Assembly: GCA_965201155.1 (NCBI GenBank)
Contig: OZ241752.1
Location: forward strand, 1,452,761 to 1,516,760
Length of the DNA stretch: 64,000 nt
Direction of reading: 5' to 3'
Origin: Alphaproteobacteria bacterium
GTDB taxonomy: Bacteria; Pseudomonadota; Alphaproteobacteria; UBA7887
Shown: positions 8,275 to 15,990 of the stretch, in pieces
How positions within the stretch are numbered: position 1 is the stretch's first letter
Layout: each line of letters opens with the position of its first letter
Notes under the pieces: model-generated
Told to the model about the DNA's origin: nothing
Databases searched by the model: none
The model's input: only the letters and a program-made list of their open reading frames with translations
Translations under genes and position numbers: made by a program

Positions 8275-8553
8275 AGAGTCTCCTCTCGTGGGGTGTGGCC
8301 TTTCGAGCGCTGATGAGCTGATGATTCGTCCGGTTTTCTTGCCGGTTTCATGGTTCATCCGAAGCGGGGTGTGTATGACGATCACAATGACGTTCGCGAT
8401 CATGCCGATGGTCTGCCATCTTTCCTCGTGCGGATAGGGGTCCTGCCGCGAGGCTGCCAACGGATCATCGAACACGAGTTGGGCTGTCTCGAAACCCAGC
8501 TTGTGCTTTCGTCTGTTGGCGTAGCTCTTGCTCTCGTCCCATGTCCAGCGCAA
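8275..8553 (-). pseudogene. brnT: BrnT toxin frameshifted by an 8-bp duplication and read through into BrnA
   Basis: WTWDESKSYANRRKHKLGFETAQLVFDDP...EERWQTIG...RIIS; GCTGATGA repeated at 8309-8324; removing one copy restores RIISARKATPHERRLYEE. Confidence 0.85.
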
Positions 8554-8579
8554 CGAAAGAAATCTCCAGTAGTATCGTT

Positions 8580-8607
8580 ATTGTAGTTACAATCCTGACA
8601 CTGTCAA
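8580..8607 (-). promoter_or_regulatory. brnTA promoter (TTGACA-N16-TACAAT) with palindromic operator ATTGTA-GT-TACAAT
   Basis: Palindrome 8580-8593 overlaps the -10; second palindrome TGACACTGTCA at 8596-8606 overlaps the -35. Confidence 0.65.
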
Positions 8608-8675
8608 GGGTTGGCTGACAGGGAGAATGGGCCGCACGAGTGGAGGCCCCTTCTGGACCCGCATCACTGGTATAA

Positions 8676-9956
8676 GGGAGCCTCTCAAAATCGTCTGATT
8701 TTGCGTCTTGATATGGTAGAATCTGCGTTGTCGCGCGAGGGAGGCGAGTTTGATGGGAATGCCGGGTTTCTTCGATCTGGACGAGCGGTTTGCGAAGCTT
8801 GATGGGTTGGGCGATCCGCTGGCGAGGCTGGCCGGCGTTGTCGACTGGGAGGGATTTCGCCCGGTGCTGGATGCAGCGCTGTCGAAGCCGCGCAAGAGCA
8901 ATGCCGGTCGCAAGGAATATGACCGGGTTCTCATGTTCAAGGTCCTGGTCTTGCAGCAGATGTACAACCTGAGCGACGACCAGACTGAGTTTCAGGTCCG
9001 GGACCGCTACTCGTTCGCCCGGTTCCTGGGGCTGTATCCGGAGGATGCGGTACCTGATGCGAAGACGATCTGGCGGTTTCGCGAGAACCTGAAACTTGCA
9101 GACGCGTTTGACGGCCTGTTTTCGGAACTGACTTCGCAGATCGAGGGTCAGGGCTATGTGGCGCGCCGGGGACAGATCGTGGATGCGAGCTTTGTGAAAG
9201 CGCCGCGTCAGCGCAACAGCCGTGACGAGAACGCACAGGTGAAGGCGGGTGAGGTGCCGTCTGGATGGTCGCAGAAGAAGCGTCGTCACAAGGACACCGA
9301 CGCACGCTGGACCCGCAAGAGAGGTGAGACGCATTACGGCTACAAGAACCACATCAGCGTGGACCGTGCCTATGGTCTTGTCCGCCGCTGGGATGCGAGC
9401 GACGCGGCATGTCACGACAGCCGGGTCTTCGAGCAGGTGCTTGATGAGAAGAACACCAGTGGCGATGTCTGGGCGGACAGTGCCTGCTACAGCCGGGCAC
9501 ATGAAGCGTTGCTGACCGAAGGGGGCTGGCGCAGCCACATTCACCGCAAGGGGTATCGTAATCGTCCCTTGCCGGCGCGCTCGCGCGAAGCCAATCGCAA
9601 GCGTTCGAAAGTGCGTGCTGCCGTGGAGCATGTGTTTGCTCAACACGAGGCCATGGGCGGCAAGCGGGTCAGGACCATCGGCCTGGCGCGGGCGCGTATC
9701 AAGATCGGAATGATGAACCTGGTGTACAATCTTCGCCGGCTTGCCTGGCTGACGGAAAATCGCCCGCAGGTGTGTCGCTACGCGCTGTAATGACTGCCCA
9801 CGCGGAAGCGGCACCCCCTGCGACCGGTTTCTGGCTCTCCGACCATGGTCGGAAACCCCTTTATCTCGCCTGATCCGTATCCCCCCAGACGCTTCACCCT
9901 GGAAATTTCAACAAATCTATCGGTGCACAGGCAAAACCCGATTACGAGAGCCTCCC
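8676..9956 (+). mobile_element. Complete IS5-family insertion sequence (1281 bp) with 5-bp target duplication TATAA
   Basis: Imperfect 18-bp IRs GGGAGCCTCTCAAAATCG and (reverse complement) GGGAGGCTCTCGTAATCG; TATAA at 8671-8675 and 9957-9961. Confidence 0.9.
8750..9790 (+). CDS. IS5-family DDE transposase
   Basis: LQQMYNLSDDQTE, VPDAKTIWRFRE, GQIVDAS, HYGYKNHISVD, VWADSAxY, RAAVEHVFA. Confidence 0.93.
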   Translation: MMGMPGFFDLDERFAKLDGLGDPLARLAGVVDWEGFRPVLDAALSKPRKSNAGRKEYDRVLMFKVLVLQQMYNLSDDQTEFQVRDRYSFARFLGLYPEDAVPDAKTIWRFRENLKLADAFDGLFSELTSQIEGQGYVARRGQIVDASFVKAPRQRNSRDENAQVKAGEVPSGWSQKKRRHKDTDARWTRKRGETHYGYKNHISVDRAYGLVRRWDASDAACHDSRVFEQVLDEKNTSGDVWADSACYSRAHEALLTEGGWRSHIHRKGYRNRPLPARSREANRKRSKVRAAVEHVFAQHEAMGGKRVRTIGLARARIKIGMMNLVYNLRRLAWLTENRPQVCRYAL

Positions 9957-10449
9957 TATAAGCGAGAAGCCCAGTCAGGAAAGTATCGGCCTGCAGGCTG
10001 CCACGCACTTGGCGCCAATCCCGAAACGCCTGATCCGCCAGATCGGCGAGGTCGAGCGCTTCCCGTCGGGTAAAGCGGAGAGCCCGGTTATAGTCCGCCT
10101 CGTGACGGGCTTCCTGAAGCTGGACGAAGGCAATGGCGACCTCGGCCAGCGGTTGTTGAATCTGTTGGCGGCCCAGGCCGGATGCCAGCTTGGGAGGTAT
10201 CGACCTCCTGGTGAATGCGACAGCGGTCTGTTTCATTGCAGCGTGGTGAAACGCTCGAGCGAGACTGTCGCGCAGAGGGCCGCGAACATTGCCCGACAGC
10301 ATGAGCTTTGTCACTTCATCGACCAGAAGGTGAAAGAGGGCGTAATAGGAGGCCGATACCGAGCGGCGAAGGCTAGCCTGGATCGGTTTCTTGGGTTCCT
10401 TGCGGGCAAGAAAATGAGCTTGCTTCAACAACTCCGAGTGAAGGCTCAT
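9778..10449 (-). CDS. HEPN-domain protein; extreme C-terminus interrupted by the IS at 9956
   Basis: RRSVSASYYALFH and LQEARHEADY HEPN motifs; residues after ...GLLAY are encoded by IS sequence. Confidence 0.72.
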   Translation of the reverse strand: MSLHSELLKQAHFLARKEPKKPIQASLRRSVSASYYALFHLLVDEVTKLMLSGNVRGPLRDSLARAFHHAAMKQTAVAFTRRSIPPKLASGLGRQQIQQPLAEVAIAFVQLQEARHEADYNRALRFTRREALDLADLADQAFRDWRQVRGSLQADTFLTGLLAYREALVIGFCLCTDRFVEISRVKRLGGYGSGEIKGFPTMVGEPETGRRGCRFRVGSHYSA

Positions 10450-10727
10450 TTCCCATCCTCGACTTCCGATGCGCCGCGAAAACGGACGTAGACCAGCATG
10501 GAGGAATCAGTCTTCTCGTCAACAAGGTCGCGAATCATTGAGCGCAGTCGTGACCGCTTGGCGAACTCGACGTCATCATCCTTCAGCATCGCCCAAACCC
10601 ATACGGCAGGATCGTCAGTGGAGTCGGGACCGGTCTTGACATGCCAGTTGCTGACAGGGGTAGGCAGTTCGGAAAGCTGGCGAAGCGCAGCTTCGATGGT
10701 GCTTGCGGTGATATCCATGTCAGTCAC
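10446..10727 (-). CDS. Small partner of the HEPN protein (degenerate nucleotidyltransferase-like antitoxin candidate)
   Basis: ATGA overlap with the HEPN gene; GPDSTDDPAVWVWAML...VYVRFR. Confidence 0.55.
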   Translation of the reverse strand: MTDMDITASTIEAALRQLSELPTPVSNWHVKTGPDSTDDPAVWVWAMLKDDDVEFAKRSRLRSMIRDLVDEKTDSSMLVYVRFRGASEVEDGK

Positions 10728-10826
10728 CCATCAGGTCTGTCGGCAGCCTTGGAGCCTGCACTTGGTGTCTCAAGGGCGAGTAGGGTAGCGGAGGTGGCTG
10801 CCTGCAACCCGAGTGGTGGATCGGCC

Positions 10827-11111
10827 TCAGCCGTCAGCGGGCACCAGATCCACGGTCAGCCGCGTTCCGGTCGCCGCCGCATAGCGACGCAGCGTCGCGA
10901 AGGAAGGCGATACCCGCCCGCCCTCCAGCCGCGCGATCGCCGACTGCGTTGTTCCGAGCCGGCGGGCGAGTTCCGCCTGCGTCAGCTTCGCCGCCGCACG
11001 GGCGCGAACCAGCGCTTCGATGAGCGCATATTCCTCGTCGATGCGCCCATACTCCTCCCGGAACTCCGGGTCTTTCATGAAGCGTGCCTTGAGTTCCTTC
11101 AGCTTCGTCAT
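10827..11111 (-). CDS. XRE HTH antitoxin (HigA-like)
   Basis: MKDPEFREEY...LTQAELARRLGTTQSAIARLEGGRVSPSFATLRRYA. Confidence 0.88.
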   Translation of the reverse strand: MTKLKELKARFMKDPEFREEYGRIDEEYALIEALVRARAAAKLTQAELARRLGTTQSAIARLEGGRVSPSFATLRRYAAATGTRLTVDLVPADG

Positions 11112-11431
11112 GTCATCATATACCTCATCCGTTCCCGTGCCGTCGCGAGCGCGCGGCGCGGCGTCTTGCGCGACTTCTTCGTAAACACGTGCAACGCCAC
11201 CACCCGCCTGTCCGCCGCCGTCAGGTAGATCCCCCGCGCCGCATCGCCCTCGGCGTGCACCCGCAGCTCCCAAAGCTTGCCTTCAAGATGCCTGGCATGC
11301 GGAGCACGAAGCGCCGCCAGACCGACATTCTCCACCGTCTTCAATAGCCGGATCATCCGGGCGCGCAGCCTCGCCGGCAGCGCCTCAATTTTGGCGTCGG
11401 CGGTCGCGACGGTTTCGACCGTCCATCGCAT
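11108..11431 (-). CDS. RelE/ParE-family (phage Gp49-like) toxin
   Basis: PHARHLEGKLWELRV...RGIY...VVALHVFTKKSRKTP; toxin-first, ATGA-coupled to the HTH gene. Confidence 0.88.
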   Translation of the reverse strand: MRWTVETVATADAKIEALPARLRARMIRLLKTVENVGLAALRAPHARHLEGKLWELRVHAEGDAARGIYLTAADRRVVALHVFTKKSRKTPRRALATARERMRYMMT

Positions 11432-11439
11432 CCCGTCAG

Positions 11440-11457
11440 TATAGCGCATCTGCTATA
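11440..11457. promoter_or_regulatory. Palindromic operator TATAGC-N6-GCTATA upstream of the RelE/HTH pair
   Basis: Perfect 6-bp inverted repeat just upstream of the toxin ATG; autoregulation inferred. Confidence 0.5.
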
Positions 11458-11870
11458 GTATTGCAAGTTTCGGGGTGTACGAAATGTCGGCTTCCGCCAT
11501 GCCGCCGACGGCAGCGCGATCGCCTGCATCCGGCACCGAGCGCGTCGGCGAAACCCGGACGATGGACGGGATATCTTCTCGCGCATCACGCAGTCGACCG
11601 CTCGCGCCGCGCCAGCACCCCGACGTGCTCGAATGGTTGTCTCCCCGCAACGCTCGCCGCACCTGCACCGGGCGCTGGCAGGCGCAGTGATCCAATTGCC
11701 TGGGAGGAAAGTGGCAGGCAAGAAATTATCAGCTACCACAATGACTTAGGAAATGTCCGCCATCACCCCGACCCACCATGCTGAACAAGGCGGGCTGAAC
11801 CCCAATCGATAGACAATGTGAAGAAATAAACCGATATAATATCAAGATGCAGGCGGAGTTTATTTTTGGC

Positions 11871-12018
11871 TTGCCGAAGCCGGGTTTTTGTGATAGCCTG
11901 GGGCCAGAACTTCACGGGGCCTCTTCACGGGGCCTCTTCACGTATTAAGAGTCGAGGCCTCGTAAGAGGCCTCTCGTCGGAGGCTCCCCAACCGAATCAT
12001 TATGGGGGTCCTCCATCA
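11871..12018 (+). promoter_or_regulatory. Promoter and conserved structured leader, copy 2
   Basis: TTGCCG-N17-TAGCCT; CTTCACGGGGCCT x2.5 at 11910-11942; same hairpins as 1262-1381. Confidence 0.7.
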
Positions 12019-13899
12019 ATGACATTCCAAAGAAGCTCTCTCGCGGTTTTGATGGCCGCACTTGTTGTGGCGGGCTGCAGCGATAGTGATAGCTCGCCCC
12101 CTGCTGATCTGACCGACGATACAACCCAAGCCACGCCTGTACAAATAGATCTCGCCGGGGTGACGGCTACCCCCGCGGCGGGCAGTCTCAACCTCGGTCC
12201 GGGCCAGACAGGCGACATCGGCGACATTTCCTTCATGTGCGCCAGTGGCGGCGAATCCTGCATGGTCACGGTGAAGGAGGACGGAACCGCCGAATCTACA
12301 GGCGGCATGGTCACGGCCATGGATTCCGCAGCCTACAAGCTGCGCATGGCTCAGAACCAGTACAACACCGAACTCAATATGGCCAAGACGGCGGCAGAGG
12401 CCGCGAAGAACGCGGCGGCAGAGGCCGCAACCAGCGCCAGAACCCACGCCGTTAATGCGATGGGTGCTGTGGCAAATCGCGCAGCCATCCAGACCAGCAG
12501 CCTGATGGACGAGACTGCCGAAACCTATGCCATGAAGGCTGGTACGCACGCTGATCAGGCAGAAGCAGCGTCCGCAGAGGCGATGGAGGCGTACAATGAC
12601 GCGATGGAGGCGACGGTGATCGCCGACGCTGCGATGAAACAGGCTCTGGCCGAAGGACATCAGGCGGACGCGGCGGATCATGCAATGAAGGCCGGCGAGA
12701 AAGAGACCGCCGCAATGACTGCCGCTGCCATGGATGTCATGATTGATCACAGTGGAGACCACCCGGTGGTATCCGTCGGAAGTGCCTCCATTATGGCCGA
12801 TGGCAAGCTCAACGCTGACGGAGGATCCGGCGTCCGTATCTTGCCCCGTGAGCCTCACATGGCCTCTACGCCCCAAGGCCAAGAGATTACGGTATCGCCA
12901 CGTATGCTGCCGCTCGGCATGACCTACAACACTACTGGTGTACGCCTCGACGTAGTGGACAGCTACGAAAGTGAAATGTCCGTCGTGGCGTTCAAGGATA
13001 CGCGCGACCCCGACACAGGCAAACTGATGACAAGGCTCATGACCACCGAACCAAACGTGATTTCGGTGAAGGATCAGCCGGCCCTGCTGACGAAAGCCGC
13101 TGGCGAGTACTATAAGGTGGGTGTCAGGAGAGATGGCTACGACAATCTCGCTGATGTGGGCATCCGGGCGGGCACAGAGGGCGAACCTCTCTATTTCTAT
13201 CACGATGGCGCAAATATGAAGTATGCGCGGCTGGTGGAATCGAGGATGGATGCGCATGGCGTAACAACTTGGGTTTATGCGATGGTGGATCTGGCGGGCA
13301 GGGCCATGCTTCCGGTGTCGGCATCCTATAACCACCTCTCGTATGGAATGTGGGCTAACAAATATGCCGGCGCACTTTCCCCTGCTTCCGATGCTAACCA
13401 CATAGCTTTCGTCGACGCGAAGGGCAGCGGAATGACCAAGGTGTCTGAGATGCCACTCCGGCGCGGCGCCGCCACATATACGGGACAGTATATCGCCACG
13501 GTTTCGACGGGTGGCAGTGCGTTGCCCATGACGCGGATAGATGATGCGATGCTGACCGCGCGTTTCGGCATGGGCAGTTTCAACGAAATTGAGGATAACT
13601 CGGTCGAGCTTGTCTTGACGGACGTGATGAAGCCCGGAATGACAAAGCTCGCGGGAACTATCGACGGGTCCATGTTCAGTGGAGACAAGGCTCCGATGAT
13701 GTCGATGATGAATGAAGATAGCGCCATGAGTGCCTATACCGGCATGGATTACGCGGGTTCGTTCACTGGCTCCTTCTTCGGCCCGGGTGCCCCAGAGGCC
13801 GGCGGTGTGTTCAAATACATGAGTAAGGGAAATGAGGACACGGGTGTTATGCCCGGTGCCATGGGTTGGTTCCACGGATCCTTCGGTGCTGCTCGTTAA
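12019..13899 (+). CDS. Met-rich surface lipoprotein paralog with one Cys-pair repeat, Ala-rich helical stalk and TbpB-like barrel
   Basis: MTFQRSS...LVVAG-C lipobox shared with 1382-3538; FMCASGGESCMVTV; ATYTGQY...GTIDGSMFSG...GSFFGPGAPEAGGVF...GSFGAAR. Confidence 0.78.
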   Translation: MTFQRSSLAVLMAALVVAGCSDSDSSPPADLTDDTTQATPVQIDLAGVTATPAAGSLNLGPGQTGDIGDISFMCASGGESCMVTVKEDGTAESTGGMVTAMDSAAYKLRMAQNQYNTELNMAKTAAEAAKNAAAEAATSARTHAVNAMGAVANRAAIQTSSLMDETAETYAMKAGTHADQAEAASAEAMEAYNDAMEATVIADAAMKQALAEGHQADAADHAMKAGEKETAAMTAAAMDVMIDHSGDHPVVSVGSASIMADGKLNADGGSGVRILPREPHMASTPQGQEITVSPRMLPLGMTYNTTGVRLDVVDSYESEMSVVAFKDTRDPDTGKLMTRLMTTEPNVISVKDQPALLTKAAGEYYKVGVRRDGYDNLADVGIRAGTEGEPLYFYHDGANMKYARLVESRMDAHGVTTWVYAMVDLAGRAMLPVSASYNHLSYGMWANKYAGALSPASDANHIAFVDAKGSGMTKVSEMPLRRGAATYTGQYIATVSTGGSALPMTRIDDAMLTARFGMGSFNEIEDNSVELVLTDVMKPGMTKLAGTIDGSMFSGDKAPMMSMMNEDSAMSAYTGMDYAGSFTGSFFGPGAPEAGGVFKYMSKGNEDTGVMPGAMGWFHGSFGAAR

Positions 13900-13932
13900 C
13901 CGGTGAAGGGCGGCTAACCCACACTCCCGCAC

Positions 13933-14007
13933 TGTTTTGCGTCCCCAGTTGAGCCCGTCTGTTGGACGCAAATCTGGAAGGGCGGCGCTAATCGCCGCCC
14001 TTCCTTT
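13933..14007 (+). terminator. Double-hairpin 3' element, copy 2
   Basis: TTTGCGTCC...GGACGCAAA then GGAAGGGCGGCG-CTAAT-CGCCGCCCTTCC-TTT. Confidence 0.8.
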
Positions 14008-14199
14008 GCGCCAAATTCAAAGCCTGAGACCCTGACACAACAAAAGGGCGCCGGCAGTACGCCGAGATGCCGCCGCGGCCGGAACAGGCGTGGATTTCGG
14101 GACAGCGCCCGATGAAACGCACCAAACATAACCTCGCCGCATCCCCGGACAGCAGGCAGATCCTTGTCAGGGTGCACCGCTGACTCGGAGACCATTTCC

Positions 14200-14397
14200 G
14201 TGAACAGAACCTGCAAGCGCTGCGGCGGAGACATCGACCGGCCAACGCCGCCTCGTGCCGGTCGACGCCCGGAATATTGCAAGAACTGCCGCGCGGAATT
14301 GCTGCGTGAGCACAGGCGCGCATCAAACAGGCGGTTGAACGAGCGGCGCAAGGCGGCAATGAAGTTCTTTCGCGAGGCACAGAAAAGCGGGACATAA
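14200..14397 (+). CDS. Small basic CxxC...CxxC zinc-finger protein
   Basis: GGAG RBS, GTG start; RTCKRCGGDI...GRRPEYCKNCR followed by a basic helix. Confidence 0.6.
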   Translation: MNRTCKRCGGDIDRPTPPRAGRRPEYCKNCRAELLREHRRASNRRLNERRKAAMKFFREAQKSGT

Positions 14398-14618
14398 CGC
14401 GGATTCCGCCGTTCCCGCATTCTGGCAGTGTCACCATGGCCGCAACACTGCCTCATCAAACACAAGACGGTCAGCCCCGTGATCACGCCACCCCGAACAC
14501 CAGGCAGACATCGCCTGGTCCTGCCCGTCATGACTGCACTTGCACAGGCAGCAATGTTCTGTTATTGTTCGACGTTCTAGCGGTATCGTCCCTGCCGAGC
14601 GAACGGGACAGGCAGCAT

Positions 14619-14646
14619 CAAATCCCGGCAAATCCCGGCAAATCCC
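14619..14646. repeat. 10-bp tandem repeat CAAATCCCGG x2.8
   Basis: Seen directly, immediately before a TTGACG hexamer upstream of serC. Confidence 0.8.
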
Positions 14647-14814
14647 ACTTTGACGGATAGATCATGGCAATTGTGGCTAAAACAAGGCGGCGACCGGGTC
14701 CAGCGCAGTTGCCATGCAAAGGTCATCAGGTTGACGCCGCACATGCGTGAACCTATGGTCCGCGCCCGTCACCGCAGTCTTTGTGACTTGTCCATTCCCA
14801 CCGCATCGCCAGTA

Positions 14815-15990
14815 ATGATTTCCGTTCCCAAGCCGGGCGCGCGCCCGGTCAACCCGTGTTTCTCGTCCGGCCCGTGCGCCAAGCGGCCCGGCTGGACACC
14901 TGATATGCTGCACGGTGCCGTCCTCGGTCGTTCGCATCGCAGCGCCGCTGCGCGCGCGCGTCTGGCGGAAGTCATCGACCGCAGCCGCACCCTGCTCGGC
15001 GTGCCCGACACATGGCGGGTGGGTATCATGGCCGGCTCGGACACCGGCGCGTTCGAAGCCGCATTGTGGGGCTTGCTCGGCCCGCGTCCGGTGGAAGTGC
15101 TGGCCTGGGAGAGCTTCGGCAGCGGCTGGGTGACCGACATTGTCGAGCAATTGCGCATCCAACGCACGCGCATACACCGCGCACCCTATGGCGCACTGCC
15201 CGATCTGGCCTCTGTCGACCGCGAGAGCGATCTCGTGTTCGTCTGGAACGGCACCACCTCCGGCGCCCGCCTGCCGGACGCCGACTGGATCGCCGAGGAC
15301 CGCAGCGGTCTGGCGATCTGCGATGCAACTTCGGCAGTATTTGCCATGGACCTCCCATGGGAACGGCTCGATGCCGTTACCTGGTCGTGGCAGAAGGCGC
15401 TGGGGGGCGAGGCGCAGCACGGTATGCTGGCGCTCGGTCCGCGCGCCGTGGACCGGCTGGAAAGCACGCCGGCAGCGGCAGCGCTGCCGAAACTTTTCCG
15501 ACTGACAAAGGGGGGCCGTCTGATGGAAGGGATATTCTGCGGCGACACGGTCAACACCCCGTCCATGCTGTGCGTGGAAGACGCCCTGGATGCGCTGCGC
15601 TGGGCCGAGTCCATCGGCGGGCTGGCAGCGCTCACCGCACGCTGCCAGGCCAATTTCACCGCTGTCTCCGACTGGGTGGCGCGCACGGAATGGATTGACT
15701 TTCTCTGTGCGGACGCCGCAATTCGGTCACCCACATCGGTATGCCTCTCCGTGACAGACCCGTGGTTCGCAAGCCTGCCGAAAAAGCAGCAGCGGCACAC
15801 GGCAAGGGGAATGACGCAGCGGCTGGAGGACGAAGGCGCTGCATATGATATCGACGCCTATCGGTCGGCCCCGCCGGGATTGCGCCTGTGGGCCGGGCCG
15901 ACGGTGGAACGGAGCGACTTGGAGGCGCTGTTCCCATGGCTGGAATGGGCATGGGCGCAGCAGCGCGCCGAGAGCAGGCAGGCCGCTTGA
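14815..15990 (+). CDS. serC: Phosphoserine aminotransferase (alphaproteobacterial type)
   Basis: FSSGPCAKRPGW, GSDTGAFE, WNGTTSG, DATSAVFAM, SWQKALGGE; precedes serA. Confidence 0.95.
   Translation: MISVPKPGARPVNPCFSSGPCAKRPGWTPDMLHGAVLGRSHRSAAARARLAEVIDRSRTLLGVPDTWRVGIMAGSDTGAFEAALWGLLGPRPVEVLAWESFGSGWVTDIVEQLRIQRTRIHRAPYGALPDLASVDRESDLVFVWNGTTSGARLPDADWIAEDRSGLAICDATSAVFAMDLPWERLDAVTWSWQKALGGEAQHGMLALGPRAVDRLESTPAAAALPKLFRLTKGGRLMEGIFCGDTVNTPSMLCVEDALDALRWAESIGGLAALTARCQANFTAVSDWVARTEWIDFLCADAAIRSPTSVCLSVTDPWFASLPKKQQRHTARGMTQRLEDEGAAYDIDAYRSAPPGLRLWAGPTVERSDLEALFPWLEWAWAQQRAESRQAA

Noticed and set aside
8465-9814. 449-aa ORF antisense to the transposase
   Set aside because: Typical IS5 antisense frame that crosses the IS boundary; no independent coding evidence.
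3630-11860. Integron cassette array
   Set aside because: No recurring attC-like imperfect palindromes between modules; the integrase relic is only a C-terminal fragment with nothing IntI-specific that I could recognise.
1382-13899. Diversity-generating retroelement explanation for the lipoprotein repeats
   Set aside because: No reverse transcriptase in the window, and differences between repeat copies are mostly synonymous rather than adenine-specific.
12016-13971. 651-aa antisense ORF spanning lipoprotein 2
   Set aside because: Shadow frame of a high-GC gene; His/Arg-rich with no motifs, whereas the plus strand has a lipobox, promoter and paralog.
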